Shown: in pieces, positions 57,820 to 64,000 of the stretch
Position numbering within the stretch: the first letter of the stretch is position 1
Layout: the number at the start of each line of letters is the position of its first letter
Source of the DNA: Neoechinorhynchus agilis
Taxonomy: Eukaryota; Animalia; Acanthocephala
Assembly: GCA_051530055.1 (NCBI GenBank)
Contig: CM121342.1
Coordinates: 7,262,691 to 7,326,690 of the forward strand
DNA: 64,000 nucleotides
Direction: 5' to 3'
The notes under the pieces: model-generated
What the model saw: only the letters and a program-made list of their open reading frames with translations
What the model was told of the DNA's origin: nothing
Database searches by the model: none
Position numbers and translations under genes: made by a program

Positions 57820-60791
57820 CCTGTTTCTACCACTTGTTCCGCCACTATAAATTAGTTTATAACTACTGCAGACATATTGGTTTCCTCAGGTCGTGCTATC
57901 ATGTCACACTGGGTGACCTTCTCCAGGTAGTCAATTTACGACTTCAACCTGACTGCCAAAAATGCTCTGTATGGGGACATGCGGAATCAGGCTGCAAGTC
58001 TTCGCCGAGATGCATCTTTTGCGCTGGCTCCCACCATAAAAAGGACTTTTTATTTGTTGATAGGAGAGATAAATGAAATTAATATTTTATTGGATATTTC
58101 GATCCACTATCTCGGATCTTCTTCAGCGATTGCTTGTAAGTATTTAAGACAGCACTAACACATATTTAAAAACTCACAAGCAATCGCTGAAGAAGATCCG
58201 AGATAGTGGATCGAAATATCCAATAAAATATTAATTTCATTTATCTCTCCTATCAACAATCAACAATAAAAAGGACTGTAAGGCACAGGATAATCCTCTC
58301 CGCGCAAATTGTGGAAAGAGACATCCACCAGCCTTTGCTAGGAAGTGCAAGTCTCACACAATCCTTCATGGATACAGAGAATAGTAAGGGACGGGCTACT
58401 TACAATCCTCATCCAGTTCACAGTGCTGACAACACTAAACAATCTGTTCGTAAGAAAGTGAAGCCTTGTACCTTGGAGGACATTTCACTTTTTCCTACTG
58501 ACTCTATTACTATATCCCACTCCTCATCCAAAGGAGTTTAAACTTTGAAAACGAATTCTCTTAAAATCCATGCTTGCGTGGATTGTTGAGAGACTGACAA
58601 ATCCGGATTTTGCTTCTCATGCAAATGGACTCTCCTTACAGGAAAATTCCTCATTTAATAAAATTAGGGAAATGATTAATTTCTCTTCTACGAAAAGACA
58701 AATCTCACCTTACTCTAGAGAATTGGACGAATCAAATCCAAAACGTAACAGATCTTAATATAACGGCAGAGCCTCTATGGACCCCTGACTCAAATTTTTC
58801 TTTTATAACACATAATGCCTTTAGAGCATATAAACTCCCCACTCACCTTTCTGACTGTATAAACTCTTCTTATACGGATCTTCTCTTTTTTCAAGAAACT
58901 GGTCCATTATCCATTTTTACATCCAATAACTATAAGTGCTTTCTCTTATCTCCACGTCTTACTAATCCCTCATCCAGTATAGGATTTTCCGGCGGACTTC
59001 AACTTTTTATTCTGGATAAGTATGCCCTCAAGCTGCTCTTTCAGGAGAAGAACGAGATCTTTGCGATACAGATCGTGTCTATTAAAAACCCTCTATACGG
59101 TTCCTTCTCACCCTCTAATCCCCTTTTAACGATATGCAATCTCTATATTCAACCCAAGAAAGTTAACTCTTTTACCAAAATGTATATTAACTTCTTATTA
59201 TTTTGGGATCCCGACTTTATAGTTTTTTTCTCAGGCCTCGGACCGTTCTTTAAATCTCAAGACTTTTTATTACCTAAATTTCCATCTTTTCATAACTTTA
59301 GTTCAATCAGGCACTCCTTTTTGGATGGTGCAATTCTTAAAAAGAAATTTCTTTTATCCCTCTCATCAATTACAGGTCCAGTATCTCCTGGGACATGATT
59401 TTATTTCAATCTAACGGACTCTCACTTAGAGATTTTATTATTTTAAATGACATATCCATACGAAATTTTAATAATGAACTTAGTTCCTTGCTCTCTAAAA
59501 GGAACTTGATTTCTTTTAGCATCTTTAACGACCTCATTTTACTTTCTGTAAAGAAACATCTTATCACTCAATCTTACATTAAGCGTCCTCCTCTATGTAG
59601 GACTGCAAATATTTTTTGATAAAAAAGAAATCATTGCTAATCTTTTTAATAACAAAACTCTTCATGATTTCTTCATGAAGAAATTTTACACTGAAAAATT
59701 CCTCTTTCAAATTGAACAGGAGAAGAAAACCCTAGTGAATCTCAAACCTTTCGGCAAAGGTTTTTGGTCCACCATTTTAAACAAAAAACCATCCTGTTGG
59801 AGAGCAAAAGCTGCCAATTGGATTGGTTCAATTTCTTATCCCAAGGTGATTGAGGAAATTTTAAATGCGCATACATTCTCGGCTTACGTGAGCCCCTCCT
59901 CTTCCCATTTTTAATAAAAAATTATTCTCTTGGAACTTAGACATTAATTTCCTATTGGAATCGTGCAGATCTCACGGTTCCGTGTCTAATAACTCAATGA
60001 GCTGCTCCCCGAAAATCATCGCTGCTATTAGCGATGAGATTAAATTTTTATTCTTTTCAAAATTAAAATTTACAAAACTAGATTTTGATGATCTTCTTCA
60101 TATTAATATAGTGAAGAAAGTCTTTTTACCAAAAACCAAGGGAATTATTTCAAAACCGGCTCATATTCGAGTAATTTCAATTCAGAATCCTATAATCTCT
60201 TGCATAGAAAGAGTCGTAAATAGACTTTTATACGGGTTTTTGGAAACTAAGAAGCTTATTCCTTCTTACTTCCATGGTTTTATCATAGGTAAAGGCGTGA
60301 ACACTTTACTTGATACCCTTAACTGTATGAACAATATTAAATTTGTTCAAAAAATTCTTATTCAGCTTGACCTGAACAAAGCATTTGATGCTTTGGATAG
60401 AACCTTTTTATACAAAGCTCTTGAGGAGCTAAAAATTTCTCTGAATCTTATATATAAAATTAATTACTTACTTGAATCAAAGTCCTTTTATTATGAGGTG
60501 GATCCCTCAAAAACCAAATTCTTTTCCCGTTTGGGGGTCCCCCAAGGCTCTCCACTATCCCCTACTCTTTTCCTTATCTGCCTTATTTTTATCTTTAAGA
60601 AATTGAAACTACCCAGGGGTATCCTTCTTCTTATATATGCCGACGATATCTTTCTCTTCTGCAAGGCCAGGTCTTGTCCCACTCTTTTATGCAACATTCA
60701 AGCAGCTCTGAGTACCCTTAGCTCAGAGTTGAAATTGGCTAATCTAGCCATCAATGCCAATAAAACCTTTTTATCCCCATCACTAACTTAA
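57820..60791 (+). mobile_element. APE-type LINE family A, copy 2 (ORF1 knuckles, broken APE, RT), 3' end cut at the CRE element
   Basis: CQKCSVWGHAESGC..CIFCAGSHH; APE colinear with 42094-42978. RT motifs IRVISI, FHGF, LDLNKAFDAL, GVPQGSPLSPTLF and IYADDI. Confidence 0.9.
58036..58277. mobile_element. Perfect 84-bp-arm hairpin insertion with a 12-bp target-site duplication
   Basis: 58054-58137 is the exact reverse complement of 58176-58259 (38-nt loop). ATAAAAAGGACT is present at 58036-58047 and 58266-58277. Confidence 0.92.
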
Positions 60792-63660
60792 GCCCGCTCA
60801 TGCCAACGGAGGCAGATCTCTTCCCTCCGCCCACTTCGCCCTCGATTTCGACTCGCTGTACTGTATGCGATCGCGTCATAGGCGTGACGATAAGTGGGCT
60901 CATTCGAAAACATGGCCCGGTACGATCTCGATGCCCTGGATCTTCCCTTCCACCAGTGTTGAACAAACCTTTTATCATCGACAGTCTCAAAACTCAAAAT
61001 GTGATGAAGCGCCTCTTACAATATCTTCCAAAAACGGTCTTGAAGAGGATTCCAAAAGGAGCCAGGAATAGCTGCTGTGAAATGTTCTCGAAGCTGCTGG
61101 CAAACTGCCTATCTGAACCGACGAATACAAACTATTCACGTTTATTCGCCTTTCCAAAATTGGTTCTGAGTACTAGCCGTGACCCCGAGTCCAACCTCAC
61201 GACCACCATCAAGCAGCGGATAACCAATTTTGATCGACTTTTTGAGGAGGCTGTGACGAAAAGTTACAATAATCAAACTCTTGCCAAGAAACGTCCAGAA
61301 GGACCCTTCGGCCGTCCTTATAATTTGAGTAATAGGATTTCTGCCAAATTGGCAGACGCAGATGTCCGTGGAGCGGTCAGGTTACTCAGTTCCATAGCTA
61401 CGTTTGCGGACAACGACCGCTCGACACTGGAGACGTTGAGAAGTAAGCATCCTTCAGCTTTGCCACCGATTTTGCCCCCGATACCGGAAAAGTCGCGTCA
61501 ATCGACGAGGTGCACGCGGGAGGAACTTAGATGTGCTGTATCCTCGTTCCCCAATGGGTCGGGACATGGACCCGACGGACTTCGACCCCAACACATCAAG
61601 GATATGTTGGGATTTGGAACGGGAGTGATGGGAATGAAGCTCGAAACCGAACTCGTTAATGTGGTCGACGAAATCATAAATGGACCTCTCCCACTTGAAG
61701 CAACGAATTTTCTATTTTCGGCATCTCTTTGTGCCTTTTCCAAATCAAACGGAGATATTCGTCCGATAGCTGTGGGCTGCACTCTAAGACGTTTGGCAGA
61801 GCGAAAGTGTAGGTGGGCAACTCAGACCTTTTCAGTTGGGCTGCTGTACTCCATGTGGAGCAGAAGCGATAGTGCACTCCACACGTACCTATATCGACGC
61901 CTCTGCCACCCCAACGGTTGTCCTAAAAGTCGATTTTTCGAACGCCTTTACAGTCGATCGAACAGCCTTGCTAAGTACCATTGCTCGAGAATTACCTGAA
62001 GCCTATGAATACTTTGTGAAGGCGTATGGTTCTAAGACACCTCTACATTTCAACGAGCACACCATTTGGTCCGAAACAGGCCTGCAACAAGGCGATCCTC
62101 TCGGCCCCATAGGATTTTCCTTAACAACCAATGGAATATCTCGTAAGCTCAAGGCAAGTTTGAACGTCTGGTACTTGGATGACGCGACATTGGGCGGTGA
62201 CCCAAAGACGGTTCTAGAAGACCTGCAATCCCTGCTTGTTTCTGCTGCGGAATTGGGCCTACGTGTCAACCCCGCGAAGTGTGAACTATTGCCACTAAAT
62301 ATTTCACATTCTCACATGGCGGATATAATGCAGTCCTTCGAATCCGTTGCCCCAGGAATCCGATTAATCAACCGGCAAAGCTTCACTCTTCTCGGCAGTT
62401 GCGTCCTGGATGCGAACATAGATCGCGAGATTGAAGAAGAGCTCCCTAAACTGGATCTTTTGTGCTCCCGCGTTCAAGAATTGAATGCACACGAAGCTCT
62501 CTTCTTGGTGAGAAACTGCCTATACATACCGAAGCTTATGTTCAAGATGAGAGCAGCCCCGTACTTCCGACACACCAAACGTCTCCTTGACTTAGATGGT
62601 TTGATGAAAAAGCATCTTGAAAAGGTAACGAACTGCGCCATCACTGATGAAGCTTGGCAACAAGCTGCCCTTCCGATCAAATACGGAGGTTTAGGCTTAC
62701 GAAGTGTGGCTGGTTTGGCCCTTCCGGCATTCGTATCCTCGATGCACAAGACGGAGGAATTACAGGGGGAAATTCTTTTAAACAGAATGCCGAAGCCAAG
62801 CAAACTTTTGAAATAGGGGGTCACATCATGGCTCTCGCAGACCGGTCTGCAACAAGCTCCAACCAACGCGCACGAACAATCTGCTTGGGATAACCCCTTA
62901 ATCCTGACGGCTCACAACAAACTAAAAGGCCAGATGGACGAGATGTCTCAAGCTAGACTTGTGGCCAGTTCCTCGAAGGAGTCAGGCGCATGGTTGAACG
63001 TTTTGCCAATTGGTACTTTGGGAACTTTGCTGGACGACGAGACAGTTCGAATAGTCGTCGCTCTACGTTTAGGACTTCCAACCTGTGCCCCACACCAGTG
63101 CCGATGTGGAATAAAAGTTGACGTGCTCGGGAGACATGGACTCTACTGCAAGAGATCGAGCGGTCGTTTCCCAAGGCACGCAGAGCTCAACGCGATCATT
63201 AGCAGAGCTCTGAACTCGATCCACGTTCCAACCATCCTGGAGCCCAATCAGCTCTGTCGCTCGGATGGTAAGCGTCCCGACGGTATAACCGTTTTCCCTT
63301 GGAAAGAAGGGAAGAGTCTAATTTGGGACGCAACATGCGTGGACTCACTCGCCCTGTCCAACCGGCAAGATGCTTTAGCGGAGACGGGAGGAGCAGCGAG
63401 TGCCGCCGAAAGGAGGAAAGCGGAGAAATACAATGAGCTCAAACAAAATTACATTTTCCTTCCTTTCGGCGTGGAGACACAAGGGGCGCTGGGATCTTCG
63501 GCACGAAGCTTTTGTGCCGAACTCGGAAGACGACTTGCAGCAGAAACAGGGGAGCGACGCGAGAGGATTTTCCTGATACAAAGAATAAGCCTCGCAATCC
63601 AACGAGGAAATGCGGTCAGCGTCCGGGGGGCGATTTAATCATTTTAAAATAAATTGAAAC
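60790..63660 (+). mobile_element. Near-full-length CRE-type non-LTR element (Zn finger, RT, CCHC, restriction-like endonuclease)
   Basis: CTVC..RKHG, RPIAVGCTLRRLA, KVDFSNAF, GLQQGDPLGP, WYLDD, CRCG..HGLYC, RH..N, DGKRPDG..WD and PFGVET. Frameshifts near 61800-61850 and an in-frame TAG at 62814-62816. Confidence 0.93.
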
Positions 63661-63671
63661 TTTAAAAAAAG

Positions 63672-64000
63672 AATTTAACCGAGATATTTAGACGACTTGC
63701 TACTGTCCTATAGGAGACGCTTTGAAGTGGATAAAATGGAACAGAGGCTTAATACTATGGATACAACCGAGCGATTAAATGTGACGATTGGCGACCCGGT
63801 GGATTATTTTCCCTGTCATCAGCTTACCATTCAAGGATAGCCACATAGCCTTGCAAGAAAGCCATAATCATGCATCGGGATTCTCACAATCCTCTTGGGC
63901 GATGAAGCAAGCGATCTGTACTGCGATGGAGAAGACTGCAAGGATTTGCTCATCTTAACCGGAGGCTAAAAGGATCGCCAATAAAGGTTTCGAACAGAAT
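63672..64000 (+). mobile_element. Degenerate PLE, copy C (runs off the window end)
   Basis: Reverse complement of ~11620-11965 and ~40905-41178. Confidence 0.88.

Overview
Eukaryotic, most likely metazoan, genomic DNA. It is AT-rich, has short 36-75 nt GT-AG introns and carries an animal-type OGT; the species cannot be identified from the sequence. Host genes: the 3' part of an unidentified multi-exon gene, two tandem cystathionine beta-synthase-like genes, an OGT with an intron-free 3.4-kb coding block, the 5' three exons of WDR1/AIP1, a bacterial-type DUF4139-like gene, a protein with three TFIIS-N-like repeats, a Tudor-domain ORF, a disrupted Argonaute and a SETDB1/eggless-like remnant. 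Three satellites (240, 79 and ~380 bp units) cover about 14 kb. The rest is a nested retroelement graveyard: Penelope-like elements (PLE), CRE-type RT/RLE elements, APE-type LINEs, RTE 3' ends and foldback elements. The top lead is a repeated unit in which a decayed PLE is followed by an acidic, NLS-bearing cargo ORF with tandem 42-aa DGWGR repeats (GW/WG, Argonaute-hook-like). There are two copies with cargo, a third PLE copy running off the window end and an older cargo paralog. The same window holds broken silencing genes (AGO, Tudor, SETDB1-like). All family calls come from recognising motifs by eye; no database search was run. Some frameshifts may be long-read errors, since the satellites show homopolymer indels.
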